Assembly (NCBI GenBank): GCA_963820525.1
Contig: CAWGAA010000001.1
Location: 1,120,001 to 1,184,000 of the forward strand
Length of the DNA: 64,000 nucleotides
Direction of reading: 5' to 3'
From: an uncultured Spirochaetota bacterium
Lineage (GTDB): Bacteria; Spirochaetota; Spirochaetia; SZUA-6; Fen-1364
Part shown: piece after piece, positions 1 to 9,205 of the stretch
Numbering within the stretch: position 1 is the first letter of the stretch
Layout of the letters: every line of letters begins with the position of its first letter
Notes under the pieces: model-generated
Database searches by the model: none
What the model saw: only the letters and a program-made list of their open reading frames with translations
What the model was told of the DNA's origin: nothing
Translations under genes and position numbers: made by a program

Positions 1-1
1 G

Positions 2-73
2 GTCATAGCCGATAGGCTCGACCACGGCGAAGAGGTGCCGGAGCTCAATAAGCTATTTCCTACTCCCGCATGA
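2..73 (+). CDS. hicB: HicB-family antitoxin, C-terminal end (truncated by window edge)
   Basis: Frame reads VIADRLDHGEEVPELNKLFPTPA*; the stop overlaps the hicA start (ATGA), typical TA coupling. Confidence 0.6.
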   Translation, partial: VIADRLDHGEEVPELNKLFPTPA

Positions 74-285
74 CACGATGGCGATCCGTCAAGGCGCGCA
101 CCGTCCTCAGCGCTCTGCATCGATTGGGCTGGGTGATCAAGCGCGAGACGGGAGGTTCGCACAGAGTTCTCTCTCGTCCGGGATTTCCTGACTTTGTATT
201 TGCTTTTCATGAGGGCGAAGAAATCGGGCCTCGAATGCTGGCAAGAATCTCAAAACACACCGGACTTAGCCCAGAAGACTTGTAA
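70..285 (+). CDS. hicA: HicA-family mRNA interferase toxin
   Basis: 71 aa, basic, LxxLGW...GSH motif, ends ARIxKxTGLxPEDL. Confidence 0.85.
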   Translation: MTRWRSVKARTVLSALHRLGWVIKRETGGSHRVLSRPGFPDFVFAFHEGEEIGPRMLARISKHTGLSPEDL

Positions 286-389
286 CAAGGCAAGGGGCGA
301 GCCAACAAATTTCTTCACGTAGATGGTGCACTCGTTTAGGACCCAAGACAGTCCACCTTTGAGCTATGCCATCGCCTGGAACCCCGAGG

Positions 390-770
390 GGGCAGCTACC
401 TGTCAGGTTACGTTGCTTCTAGATGGAAAAAGCAGTTGAAAAATCTCCCGGAGAATCAAACCGCAGGCTTTGTGGTGCTGGATAGCCAAATCGCGTCCTG
501 TTCAATCCTGCTCTTCACAACCCAGTGTTCGCCGTAGTCGTAGCCGCAGAGCATTTGGCTGGGAAGCTCGTGCCCGTTTCCCCCATGTGGGATGCCAAAC
601 TCGTTCAATGCCGCTATCACAACTGAACAGCCCACAGCGGCTTTGCGGGCGATGTTCAGCGCGGGCAGGTGTGGACCGCAGATGGGCTGTTCCGTGTCGA
701 TATGATCCCGAAGGCGGAATAATGACGGCAGTTGCAAAGTGTCCTCGATTAGGCGTATGAAGGGGGGCAC
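390..770 (-). pseudogene. Decayed recombinase-family protein (HTH plus serine-recombinase 'Recombinase'-like domain)
   Basis: Minus strand reads IARKAAVGCSVVIAALNEFGIP...GYDYGEHWVVKSRIEQDAIW, then after a frameshift IQHHKACGLILREIF; resembles the PFGY..LV.N..EQ.VI..I...R..GLS.R.IA pattern; starts at the tRNA fragment. Confidence 0.5.
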
Positions 771-809
771 TAACCTCCTGGTCGGCGGTTCAAGTCCGTC
801 CGGGGGAGC
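771..809 (+). mobile_element. 3' half of tRNA-Asn(GTT), att-like direct-repeat remnant of an integrated element
   Basis: TAA-CCTCC-TGGTC-GGCGG-TTCAAGT-CCGTC-CGGGGGA-G-C matches tRNA 3' geometry (anticodon stem, variable loop, T arm, acceptor strand, discriminator G); no 5' half upstream. Confidence 0.8.
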
Positions 810-822
810 TGAGACCGAGTCG

Positions 823-861
823 AACTGGCCCTTTTATGGTTAACACCAAAGAGGGCCAGTT
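823..861. terminator. Long hairpin / intrinsic terminator after the tRNA fragment
   Basis: AACTGGCCCTTTTA-TGGT-TAAC-ACCA-AAGAGGGCCAGTT inverted repeat. Confidence 0.65.
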
Positions 862-937
862 GTGTCTTACCGTCATTTCACGGAGCGGAAGAAATGGTCC
901 GACAGACGTTGGAGAAGCACCACCTCCTGCGATTGGA

Positions 938-1216
938 CTACTGGCTGCGCCACTCCATTCTCTCGTACACATCCTTTCGGTGGCAAATACCGAGAATCAG
1001 GATGTCCAAGCTTTCAATCTTCAGAACGATCCGATAGTCCCCAACCCTCAGCTTTCTGTAGCCTTCCAATGTTCTTCGGAGCGGCTCCGAGTACTTCTCC
1101 GGGGACAACAAAAGCCTCTGCTCGATGGCGGTCTTGATTCGTTTCTGAATGGTCCGGTTGAGTTTGGGAATATCCTTCGCTTTGACGTCAGGGTGATACC
1201 GGAGGCGGTAGGGCAC
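938..1216 (-). CDS. relE: RelE/StbE-family toxin
   Basis: 92 aa, YRKLRVGDYRIV and HRKDVY motifs. Confidence 0.9.
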   Translation of the reverse strand: MPYRLRYHPDVKAKDIPKLNRTIQKRIKTAIEQRLLLSPEKYSEPLRRTLEGYRKLRVGDYRIVLKIESLDILILGICHRKDVYERMEWRSQ

Positions 1217-1218
1217 CT

Positions 1219-1446
1219 CTATTCCCAGACTTCAGCGTGCGTCAAGGTTTTGCGACCGGCCAGCGCCGCAACGCGCGCATCCGCGACGTGGACCAGCACG
1301 GCATCCTCATGGATTTCCAGAGCTTCCCGGACTAAGTCCCGTGTCACCATGGACAGGGACAATCCTCTCGCGTGAGCCATTCTCTCGATCAGGGAATAAA
1401 TCGGTTTCTCCAGAGCAACGTTGATGCGCGGATTCTTGGTAGGCAT
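1219..1446 (-). CDS. Ribbon-helix-helix antitoxin of the RelE-type pair
   Basis: MPTKNPRINVAL...SLSMVTRDLVREALE...LTHAEVW; GGAGG RBS; directly upstream of the toxin. Confidence 0.85.
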   Translation of the reverse strand: MPTKNPRINVALEKPIYSLIERMAHARGLSLSMVTRDLVREALEIHEDAVLVHVADARVAALAGRKTLTHAEVWE

Positions 1447-1464
1447 TACGTACCTCCAACTCCG

Positions 1465-1493
1465 AGTGTAACACTTATGAGACACCCTGGCAA
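1465..1493 (-). promoter_or_regulatory. Sigma70 promoter of the RelE-type TA operon with overlapping palindromic operator
   Basis: TTGCCA-N17-TACACT on minus strand; palindrome AGTGT-A-ACACT (1465-1475) covers the -10. Confidence 0.6.
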
Positions 1494-1576
1494 GAGCCCG
1501 GCAAGGCTTAAACGGCCAGGAGAGCGGGTATCTCTTCGATCCTGTGCTCGTAGCAGTAAGAGTTCGGTCACCGATG

Positions 1577-1786
1577 CTACCTTCCAGCCCTCCTACGCTC
1601 CCACAGGGGCTTGAATCCCGAGTATCCTGCGAATCCCCTGGCGGTCGCCCTCTTGATAGTCGTGTGCCTCGGCACGGGTGCGTGTGATTGTGTTCTTGGA
1701 TTTACCCAAATGTCATGGTGACTTCCGTGATGGTTGAGAAAACAGCCGTGCAAGCGAAGGTGCCTTTCAAGCGCCCTCCGATTCAT
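1577..1786 (-). CDS. hicA: HicA-family toxin (apparent 1-base frameshift near the C-terminus)
   Basis: HGSHHDIW, PVPRH motifs; adding one G to the G4 run near 1637 restores the ending ARGIRRILGIQAPVGA*. Confidence 0.8.
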   Translation of the reverse strand: MNRRALERHLRLHGCFLNHHGSHHDIWVNPRTQSHAPVPRHTTIKRATARGFAGYSGFKPLWERRRAGR

Positions 1787-1995
1787 GCTTTCACCCCAGC
1801 CAACTTTTTAATCAGTTTTCGTCGGGAGGCAGCAAGAGCAGCCAGAGCGTCTCGCGCATTCTCGAAGGCTTCCTTGACGGTATCCGCCTCGGTGATAAGT
1901 TGGGGGTCAAGGGGAGACGTCACAACGTACCCGCCCTCTTCGGCTTCCTGAAGAGTGAGAACGACTTTTCCGCCGCTCACAGTGCATTGTTTCAT
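1783..1995 (-). CDS. hicB: HicB-family antitoxin (short form)
   Basis: EEGGYVVTSP...ITEADTVKEAFENARDAL motif; ATGA overlap with hicA. Confidence 0.85.
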   Translation of the reverse strand: MKQCTVSGGKVVLTLQEAEEGGYVVTSPLDPQLITEADTVKEAFENARDALAALAASRRKLIKKLAGVKA

Positions 1996-2041
1996 CGTAA
2001 TTAGGATATGCCTCAGTTGGCTCTTGCGTCAATCGCTCTCC

Positions 2042-2218
2042 TCAAACGGTTGATGACGACAAAGGGGAAGGTGTCACTACGCTTCGATTGAAAGAAGATG
2101 GGTTTGTGGCTGGCACGATGATAAAACCGTCTTTCCCGTTTCCGACAGATTTATACCTTCTCTTCATGCAGCAGTATGCCGCGATGGCACAAAGGGCCGC
2201 GTCGATGAAATCGATCGA
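2042..2218 (-). pseudogene. DUF429-like C-terminal remnant
   Basis: Minus frame reads [16 protein letters not shown]...[11 protein letters not shown]; no start codon or N-terminal part. Confidence 0.5.
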
Positions 2219-2219
2219 A

Positions 2220-2370
2220 TCAAGCGCGTGTGTCGTCTCGCAACATCTCCCCGCGCCAGTCGCTCACGTTAAGCGGCGGATTGGCGAGTATGAAGTCCGC
2301 CTTGAGGTCGGGGTGACGGTCGTTGTGGAAGGTGTCGCCGTGGTCGATCCGGCTGTCGATGCCGCGGAGA
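2220..2370 (-). pseudogene. hsdM: Type I restriction-modification M subunit internal fragment
   Basis: [37 protein letters not shown] is the HsdM motif IV region; only about 50 codons remain. Confidence 0.8.
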
Positions 2371-2494
2371 AGGGGAGGTTTCCCGCGAAGCTTCAAGGGC
2401 ATAGAGCCATGACACGGACAAGGTTTTCGCATCCGCCAAACGGGTGCTTGCGGTCGTCGCGCATTGGGTCGAAGCCTGATCGGCCGAAACGAGA

Positions 2495-3661
2495 CTACCC
2501 GGTCCCGGCAAATTGCGGAAGCGGAGCCGCAGTCCGCTCGATGTGACGGGCCGTGAGGCGCCAGAGCGACGTCAGCTCCGCCGCGCGTGCCACGTGGAGC
2601 GGGTCGGTGTCATCGGAAACCCGCGGATGGTTCGGCCGTACATCCATCCGTCCCGCGTCCGTCAATCCCGCCTCGTCGAATGCGGCGAGCAGCCCGGCCC
2701 GCGAACGCAGGCCCAGATGCTCGGCGAGATCCGAGAGCACCAGCCAACCCTCGCCCCCCGGCTCCAGGTGCGATGCCAGTCCGCCGAGGAATCCGCGCAG
2801 CATGCGGCTCTCGGGATCGAAAACCGCATGCTCGATGGGGGAGCTTGGCCGCGCCGGGATCCAGGGCGGGTTGCAGACGATGAGCGGAGCCCGCGCCTCG
2901 GGGAAGAAATCCGCCTGCACGACCTCCACCCGCCTGTCCAGCCCGAGCCGCGTGAGGTTCTCGCGGGCGCACGCCAGTGCGCGGGGGTCCCGATCGGTGG
3001 CCACAACGCGCGCTATGCCCCGGCGGGCAAGCACCGCGGCCAGCACGCCGGTCCCGGTGCCGATATCGAAGGCCAGATCCCGCGAGGGCAACGGCGCTTC
3101 GGCCACCAGACCCACGTACTCTGCGCGAACCGGCGCGAACACGCCGTAGTGCGGGTGGATGCGGCCGCCAAGCGCCGGGATCTCGATGCCCCTCTTGCGC
3201 CACTCATGCGCGCCGATCAGGCCCAGCAACTCCCGCAGCGAGGCGACGGAGGGCCCCTCTCCCGGGCCGTAGGCCTCCACGCACGCTTGCCGCATGTCCG
3301 GTGCCCGTCGCAGGGGGATGCCGTAGTCGCCCTCGATCGGTATCAACAGCATCCCCAGCGTGCGTGCGCGCCGGTACTGGACCTGGCGATATAGATGGAA
3401 GGCTACGGCCGGCGACGAGGCCGGCTTGCGGGGCTTGCGGTCGGCGCGCCGCGCCAGCGCCTGCAGCAACTGGCGTGCGTTCTGGAAATCGCCCCGCCAG
3501 AGCATCGCGGTGCCCCCACAGGCAAAACGATATGCGTCGTCGGCCGTCATGAGGTCGGTGGCGATGATCATGCGCTTGGGCGGCGGCGCCCCGTTCTCGG
3601 AGTGCCAACGGGCGACGCGGGCCTTCCCTTCCTCGGTCCAGGCAACGACCGGACAAGCCAT
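2495..3661 (-). CDS. Class I SAM-dependent methyltransferase (MTS/HemK-like)
   Basis: DIGTGTG SAM motif, NPPW motif, HYGVFAPVR segment. Confidence 0.85.
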   Translation of the reverse strand: MACPVVAWTEEGKARVARWHSENGAPPPKRMIIATDLMTADDAYRFACGGTAMLWRGDFQNARQLLQALARRADRKPRKPASSPAVAFHLYRQVQYRRARTLGMLLIPIEGDYGIPLRRAPDMRQACVEAYGPGEGPSVASLRELLGLIGAHEWRKRGIEIPALGGRIHPHYGVFAPVRAEYVGLVAEAPLPSRDLAFDIGTGTGVLAAVLARRGIARVVATDRDPRALACARENLTRLGLDRRVEVVQADFFPEARAPLIVCNPPWIPARPSSPIEHAVFDPESRMLRGFLGGLASHLEPGGEGWLVLSDLAEHLGLRSRAGLLAAFDEAGLTDAGRMDVRPNHPRVSDDTDPLHVARAAELTSLWRLTARHIERTAAPLPQFAGTG

Positions 3662-3859
3662 AATTCACGACTATGGCATTCAAACAGGGAATAGGCTACA
3701 TATCTCCCGTGCCGCAAAGTGCAAGTCCGCCAATATGCCTGCGGAAAACCGATACGGCCCATGTCGATCGTACGAACCACAATGGGAGCGCTCCCGGTGA
3801 CAAGCGACCTACCGGACCGTCTCATCGGGCCGCCATCCGAGGGCCTGGTAGTGTTTGCC

Positions 3860-4290
3860 GCAGCGTTTTTCAGATAAGGAGCGTCACAACCCCGCTCCAG
3901 AATCTCGGCGTGCGGCGCGTCGCTCTCTTCGGATCGACCGCGCGGGGCGATGCCGTCCCGATTCGGATGTAGACCTCCTTCTGGAATTCGATAAGGGCCG
4001 TAAAACCTTCGACGCATTTATGGATGCCGCCGACATCCTGACGCCGGAATCCTTCGATGACCGGAGAAGAGCACGGGTCCGGTCGGAGGCCGTGTACTTT
4101 GAAATCAAAGTCGTGATCTTCTGCGGGACATCGTAGCGGAAGCGCGCCTTCCCACGGAGCCTCGATATCATCGGAGAAGCGGTCAGTGGTTGACTATATA
4201 CTTTCCACGATGTCGTCATCAGCAAAATTCCAGACCTCCATGCTTCGGTAGCCAATATCCTGATTGAAGACGAGTCGACAACCAAGTAAC
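3860..4290 (+). pseudogene. Degraded MNT (nucleotidyltransferase) - HEPN/DUF86 toxin-antitoxin pair
   Basis: GVRRVALFGSTARG /frameshift/ PDSDVDLLLEF (GS..DxD); then KRAFPRSLDIIGEAV joined to VDY..HDVVISKIPDL with the HEPN RxxxxH core missing. Confidence 0.75.
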
Positions 4291-4439
4291 CCGGTTCAAG
4301 CGATAGGAAAAACCGCAAGCGCCCCCTATGTTCAACACAGGTCCAGCACGTGGAAGGGATGCCACAGAAAATGTCCCCCCGGGGGAACGTCGTTGGGGTA
4401 CGGTAGACGGCAGCCCGACGCTTCAGACAGAGTAGGAAC

Positions 4440-4901
4440 GATATTACGAAAGGTCTTCTCGCTGTCCTCCTCGTAGCACGTCTGGCGTCGCTCCCCGGCA
4501 ACACCGCTCCCGTCCTGTGCGGTGCCGCAGCAGTGCTCGGCCACGTCTTCCCCGTTTTTGCAGGCTTTCGAGGCGGCAAAGGGGTGGCGACCGCGGCTGG
4601 GGCGAGCGTGGTTCTGTTCCCCACTCTGGCCCCATTCTGCCTGGCTGCCTTAATCCTGGTGGCTGTCGTGAGCCGCCGGGTGTCCCTCGCTACCCTGTCG
4701 GCCGCATTCCTCCTACCGACGAGCAATATTATAGCGAGCTTTGTGCTCGGGTCCCTCGAGTGGTGGAAAGCATCTTTCAGTGTCTTTGTCTTCCTTGTGA
4801 TGCTCATTACCCATCGCGGGAACATCGTGCGGCTGATCAGAGGAGAGGAGCCGAAGCTCGACTTTGCACGCCTGTTCCGCAGGCACGAGCCACCGGGCTG
4901 A
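4440..4901 (+). pseudogene. plsY: Glycerol-3-phosphate acyltransferase PlsY, 5'-truncated
   Basis: DITKG, GHVFPVFAGFRGGKGVAT, HRGNIVRL motifs; in-frame stop upstream and motif 1 (GSGNxGATN) absent. Confidence 0.8.
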
Positions 4902-5067
4902 AAGCAAAGCCGTGGGCATCAGCTCCCGTGGGAGCAGCCTCCGGATTCCCGTACGCATGGAGGAACGGCGGCTAAACCCCTGGCGCAGCCCGTTTCCGGG
5001 CTTTCCGTTGTACTTTTCGATTTCAGCGCGAGTATATTAATGCAGAACGTAAGGAAAGGAGAATCAG

Positions 5068-5769
5068 GTGACGATGAAGCAAAAGTCTACACCCCCCTAT
5101 ATCACCATGGTGGAAGAGCGCGGCGACTTCAAAATCTGGATGGTTGACGGCAGCTATATTCGCGGCCACATCGACGAAGAGTTCACCAACTTCGGCCAGC
5201 ATTTCCGGTTCCCCTATATTCCTGAAAACGAGCTGTGGCTGGATCAGGAAGCCGAGCACGATGAAAGGCAGTTTTTCATCGACCACCTGCTCGTCGAGCA
5301 CAGGCTGATGAAAGCGGGACGGCGCTACGCGGAGGCCATCGTCGAAGCAGACAAGCAGGAACGGAAGGAGAGGAGGCGGGCGGGGGATGTCCGGAAAGCC
5401 ACCGGGAGCGGGGCCACTCTCCCTATGGGGGAATCCATGCACGAGAAACTGTGGAAAAGGCTTGAGAACGCCGTCACTGTTTGGATCGTGAACGGCCGGC
5501 TGGTGCGGAGTACTTTCGACATCGACTTCACCGAGGGGGGGCACGACAAGGTGTACGAGTTCGTGCCAAGCGAAGAGGTCTGGATCGACGATGCGATCGT
5601 CGAACAGGAGCGGGGATACGTCCTCCTGCACGAGCTGCACGAGAGAAACCGGATGTCGACGGGATGGCCCTACAGCAGGGCGCATGCCGAGTCAAGCCGC
5701 ATCGAGTACCGGTGTCGACATCATCCGGATGAGCTGCACGACGCGCTGGCCGCGGAGGGCTGGGCATAA
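5068..5769 (+). CDS. Hypothetical protein with two tandem homologous domains, putative metal-binding HExxE...AH motif
   Basis: Strong AGGAG RBS; internal repeat visible in translation. Confidence 0.75.
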   Translation: MTMKQKSTPPYITMVEERGDFKIWMVDGSYIRGHIDEEFTNFGQHFRFPYIPENELWLDQEAEHDERQFFIDHLLVEHRLMKAGRRYAEAIVEADKQERKERRRAGDVRKATGSGATLPMGESMHEKLWKRLENAVTVWIVNGRLVRSTFDIDFTEGGHDKVYEFVPSEEVWIDDAIVEQERGYVLLHELHERNRMSTGWPYSRAHAESSRIEYRCRHHPDELHDALAAEGWA

Positions 5770-5805
5770 TGTTTTTGCAACCGTGCTATACTTTATTCCG
5801 CGGTA

Positions 5806-6366
5806 ATGAAAATCCGGCTATTCGTCATTCCATTCGCGCTCTTCTTGTCCATCCTGACAGGTTGTACCAGCCTCTCATGGCAGCGCCCGCCGCAATCGGA
5901 GTACGATAATAGGGAATCCGGGCCATACGTCGGGATTCAGAGACAGGAATCCCCGGAATCTATTGCCAAGCGGCATTCCAGAGACTCTACCCCAGGCGGT
6001 AGAGTCCTGAGAGCGGCAATCCAGATGATCGAGATGAAAATCGTTGTCGTCGGAGCCTGCTGGGATTTCGTGAATGCCGTGTTCAACAACGCGGGCTTTC
6101 CGGCCGCGAAACGGTTTACCATGTACAACTCCAAAGAGAGCGGTCCGTTCGTGGATTCGACACTCATCAAACCCGGAGACTGGATATATTTCGTGAACTA
6201 CACTTTCAACAACATCGGTCACAGCGCCATCTTTGTGGACTGGGTCGACTTCCGCAGCCGACGCGCCCTCACTATTGAGTACGTGGGACTGAACAGACGG
6301 GTGCCCGGCCGGTACGCGGAATACGACATCTCGGAATGTTATGGTGTATTCCGGGGCAAAGGATAG
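5806..6366 (+). CDS. Lipoprotein with CHAP/NlpC-P60-like Cys-His domain
   Basis: Lipobox LTGC; GACWDFVNAVF (Cys) ... PGDWIYF ... GHSAIF (His). Confidence 0.65.
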   Translation: MKIRLFVIPFALFLSILTGCTSLSWQRPPQSEYDNRESGPYVGIQRQESPESIAKRHSRDSTPGGRVLRAAIQMIEMKIVVVGACWDFVNAVFNNAGFPAAKRFTMYNSKESGPFVDSTLIKPGDWIYFVNYTFNNIGHSAIFVDWVDFRSRRALTIEYVGLNRRVPGRYAEYDISECYGVFRGKG

Positions 6367-6427
6367 GCATCCGGCGCGTGCTAATGCGAGCTGAAACGGA
6401 GCAAATCGGACATGGATGCCAAAAAAA

Positions 6428-6700
6428 CTACCTCGCCAAGCGGAAACCAAAGGAGTTATTCTCATCATATGGAGAGCGGTTGTACACAAGGCCCAATTGC
6501 TGGTTAGCCAAACTACTATTCCAGGCCCCGCCCCGCCTCACTCGGGAATTCACAGTATCCCAGTCAAAGCACCACTCATACACGTTACCGCTCATGTCGT
6601 AGACCAAGGGCGTTGGCTGTTTTGCTTTTAGCTATTGCGGTTGACACTCCTGAATTGTCGGTGCTCACCGCCACCTTCCCGGTCTCGACCGAGTCCAACT
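6428..6700 (-). pseudogene. FGE-sulfatase (SUMF1/C-type-lectin fold) C-terminal remnant
   Basis: DNSGVSTAIAKSKTANALG /frameshift/ YDMSGNVYEWCFDW...RVRRGGAW...SFGFRLAR*. Confidence 0.8.
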
Positions 6701-6990
6701 TCTCGATCGAGCGGCGATGGAAATCGCTGCTGGAACTTGTTCCCTCTGGCGCGGGCGCGTTCGGCTTCGACCTGGCGATCGCGCGGCTCAGCCCTGGTCA
6801 CAAGCGAGCCCAGCAGATTGCGTGCAGCCATAGCCACTTCCTCGATGGCGAGAGTGAACGCCTCCTCGTTGGCCTTTGATGGCTTGCTGAAGCCCGAGAT
6901 CTTTCTCACGAACTGGAGCGAGGCTCCCCGGATCTCGTCCTCCGTAGCGGGGGGATCGAAGTTATAAAGGGTCTTGATGTTCCGACACAT
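6628..6990 (-). CDS. DUF2277 family protein (C-terminus runs into the FGE remnant)
   Basis: MCRNIKTLYNFDPPATEDEIRGASLQFVRKISGF signature; GGAG RBS. Confidence 0.8.
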   Translation of the reverse strand: MCRNIKTLYNFDPPATEDEIRGASLQFVRKISGFSKPSKANEEAFTLAIEEVAMAARNLLGSLVTRAEPRDRQVEAERARARGNKFQQRFPSPLDREVGLGRDREGGGEHRQFRSVNRNS

Positions 6991-7015
6991 GGCTTTCTCT
7001 CCCAGACCGGCGGTG

Positions 7016-7918
7016 TTATCGGGGTCCGCGTCCAAAGGAGCTCGAAGCGCTTTCGGCTGCCGCCCGTTCGGCGCGTTCGAGCAGCGCCTTGCCCCCGATT
7101 CGTGCCGCAAGCCGCCCCGCCTCCGGCTGCGGTCCTCTCCAGATAAGTTCATCGACGGAGCTGAAAAGAGGGGCCTCCGTTCGAAGGGTTGCCAGATCGC
7201 GGAATAGCAAGGCGAGATCCCAGTTCGACCGCAGGCTGAGCGCGAGCTTTGCGCCGTTGACTGTATTCGGGCGCCATTCAGACTCCATGACGGGGATATC
7301 CGCCAGGCACCCATAGCGAGAGAGCACGGTTGCGGCGGACTTCGCTCCCCAGCCAGGGATCCCCGGATACCCATCGGCGCTGTCGCCTACCAAAGCCAGA
7401 TAATCCTGAATCGAGCGCGGCGGCACGCCGAACTTGGCCTGTACCGCCGCCTCGTCTCGGATCTGCCCCGAACGCCGATCCACCTGCACTACCCGACCGC
7501 CCACTACGCATTGAGCCAGATCCTTGTCCGGGGTCCAAATGCAAACCTTCTGCACTTCCGGTACCGCCGCAGCGGCGGCTGCTCCCGACGCCAGCGCGTC
7601 ATCCGCTTCAAGCTCGACCATCGGCCACACGGCGAACCCGAATGCCGCAAGCGCATCCTCCATGGGGTGGAACTGCGCGAGCAACGCCGGCTCGATGCCG
7701 GCACCGGTCTTGTACCCTGGCCATAAGGCGTTGCGAAAAGATTCGATGACATGGTCGGTCGCCACGCCGAGGTGCGTCGCCCCCTCCTCCACCATCTGCA
7801 GCAGGGTGCGCAGAACCAGACGGACGGCGCCGTTGCCGTCGTCCTGTTGGGTCGAACGCTTCAGGCCGTAGAAGCAGCGGAAAAGCTCGTACGTGCCGTC
7901 GATAAGGTGAACGATCAC
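7016..7918 (-). CDS. Stand-alone 5'-3' exonuclease / flap endonuclease (Pol I N-terminal-like)
   Basis: HLIDGTYELFR, LEADDALAS, TPDKDL, LVGDSADGYPGIPGWGAKSA (H3TH). Confidence 0.9.
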   Translation of the reverse strand: MIVHLIDGTYELFRCFYGLKRSTQQDDGNGAVRLVLRTLLQMVEEGATHLGVATDHVIESFRNALWPGYKTGAGIEPALLAQFHPMEDALAAFGFAVWPMVELEADDALASGAAAAAAVPEVQKVCIWTPDKDLAQCVVGGRVVQVDRRSGQIRDEAAVQAKFGVPPRSIQDYLALVGDSADGYPGIPGWGAKSAATVLSRYGCLADIPVMESEWRPNTVNGAKLALSLRSNWDLALLFRDLATLRTEAPLFSSVDELIWRGPQPEAGRLAARIGGKALLERAERAAAESASSSFGRGPR

Positions 7919-8109
7919 GTATGCCCGCCGTTGACCGGTGCCATCTATCATCCTCCTTAGAAGAATCAAAAAGCATTATTGCATGCTAAATATACTCAAA
8001 CGTTTCCAACACGAGTTGTCGCGCGGGCAGGTAGCCAATAACCGCCAGGCAATAAAAAAAGTTGCCGGGTGACTGAGAATCCATTTTCAAGAATTCAAAG
8101 ATCGGGCGC

Positions 8110-8256
8110 ATGGCGCTAAACGGTTGTCCACAATTCACTTTCACCCCTGCTATATCGTTCTTCGTGAACTGCAAGACGCAGGCAGAGGTGGATTCATGGA
8201 GCCTCCTTCTGGAAGTTGCGCTCCAGCATAATATCCGCAATGCCGAACTGGAATAG
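8110..8256 (+). pseudogene. VOC/PhnB-like (3-demethylubiquinone-9 3-methyltransferase family) internal remnant
   Basis: MALNGCPQFTFTPAISFFVNCKTQAEVD matches the family core; both ends lost. Confidence 0.65.
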
Positions 8257-8291
8257 GGCCGGCGTTTGCGCTCATTGAGTATATTGCTACC

Positions 8292-9119
8292 ATGCACTTG
8301 AGGAAGAGCGCGGTCCTTACTGAGATTTTCTTTGCTATCGCCGCGTGCCTTTTCGCGGCGGACGTCCCCACGCCCCGCTATGATCATGTCGTCATTGTGA
8401 TAGAGGAGAACCATTCCGCCGCCGATGTGGCGGGAAGCCCGTACCTATCCTCCCTCGCCGCTCGCGGGATGCTCTTCACGCGGTCCTTTGCCGTGGCGCA
8501 TCCCAGCCAGCCCAATTACATCGCACTCTTCAGCGGCTCGATCCAGGGCGTATCCGACGATGGGCACCACGACCTTACGGCGCCTAACCTCGCGCTCTCG
8601 CTGGCAGCGGCGAGGCTTTCGTTTGCAGGCTACAGCGAGGATCTCCCCGCCATGGGCTTTCGGGGCGACCGTTCCGGCGGCTATGTGCGCAAGCACAACC
8701 CCTGGGCGAGCTTCAGGAACGTGCCGGATGCCATGAACCGATCCTTCCATGACTTCCCGGCGGCCGACTTCAGCGCCCTGCCAACCGTCTCTTTCGTCGT
8801 GCCGAACCTCCGCAACGACATGCACGACGAATCCGTGGCCGAGGGGGATTCCTGGCTGCGCGCGAACATGGACGGATACGCGGCTTGGGCTGTCTCGCAC
8901 AACAGCCTTCTCATCGTCACCTTCGACGAGGGGCCCGGAAAGCAGCCAGTCGCCGAAACGCCGATCGCCACGATCCTCATGGGCGCGCACGTGCGGAGAG
9001 GGACCACGGATCAGAACATCACGCATTATTCGATCCTGCGCCTTATCGAGGACATCTACGGCCTGCCGTACCTCGCGGAGGATGCATCCGCCATGAAGAT
9101 CACGGGGATATTGAACTGA
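8292..9119 (+). CDS. Secreted phosphoesterase / acid phosphatase (alkaline-phosphatase superfamily)
   Basis: Signal peptide; HVVIVIEENHS, HPSQPNY, YVRKHNPW, NDMHD, TFDE motifs. Confidence 0.9.
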   Translation: MHLRKSAVLTEIFFAIAACLFAADVPTPRYDHVVIVIEENHSAADVAGSPYLSSLAARGMLFTRSFAVAHPSQPNYIALFSGSIQGVSDDGHHDLTAPNLALSLAAARLSFAGYSEDLPAMGFRGDRSGGYVRKHNPWASFRNVPDAMNRSFHDFPAADFSALPTVSFVVPNLRNDMHDESVAEGDSWLRANMDGYAAWAVSHNSLLIVTFDEGPGKQPVAETPIATILMGAHVRRGTTDQNITHYSILRLIEDIYGLPYLAEDASAMKITGILN

Positions 9120-9205
9120 AACAGCTTGATGATCGGTTGACGCTGGACGCTCTTGAGCGTTCTTCGTCCACCAGGCTAGATCGGACCGCACGGAGGGAAT
9201 AGGAG

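Noticed and set aside
286..460. Possible integron attC site after hicA (GCCAAC...)
   Set aside because: No matching GTTRRRY end with a paired stem, no repeat between other genes, and the 35 kb recombinase shows no IntI-specific insertion
735..812. Complete functional tRNA gene
   Set aside because: 5' acceptor strand, D arm and anticodon 5' side are missing; treated as an att remnant
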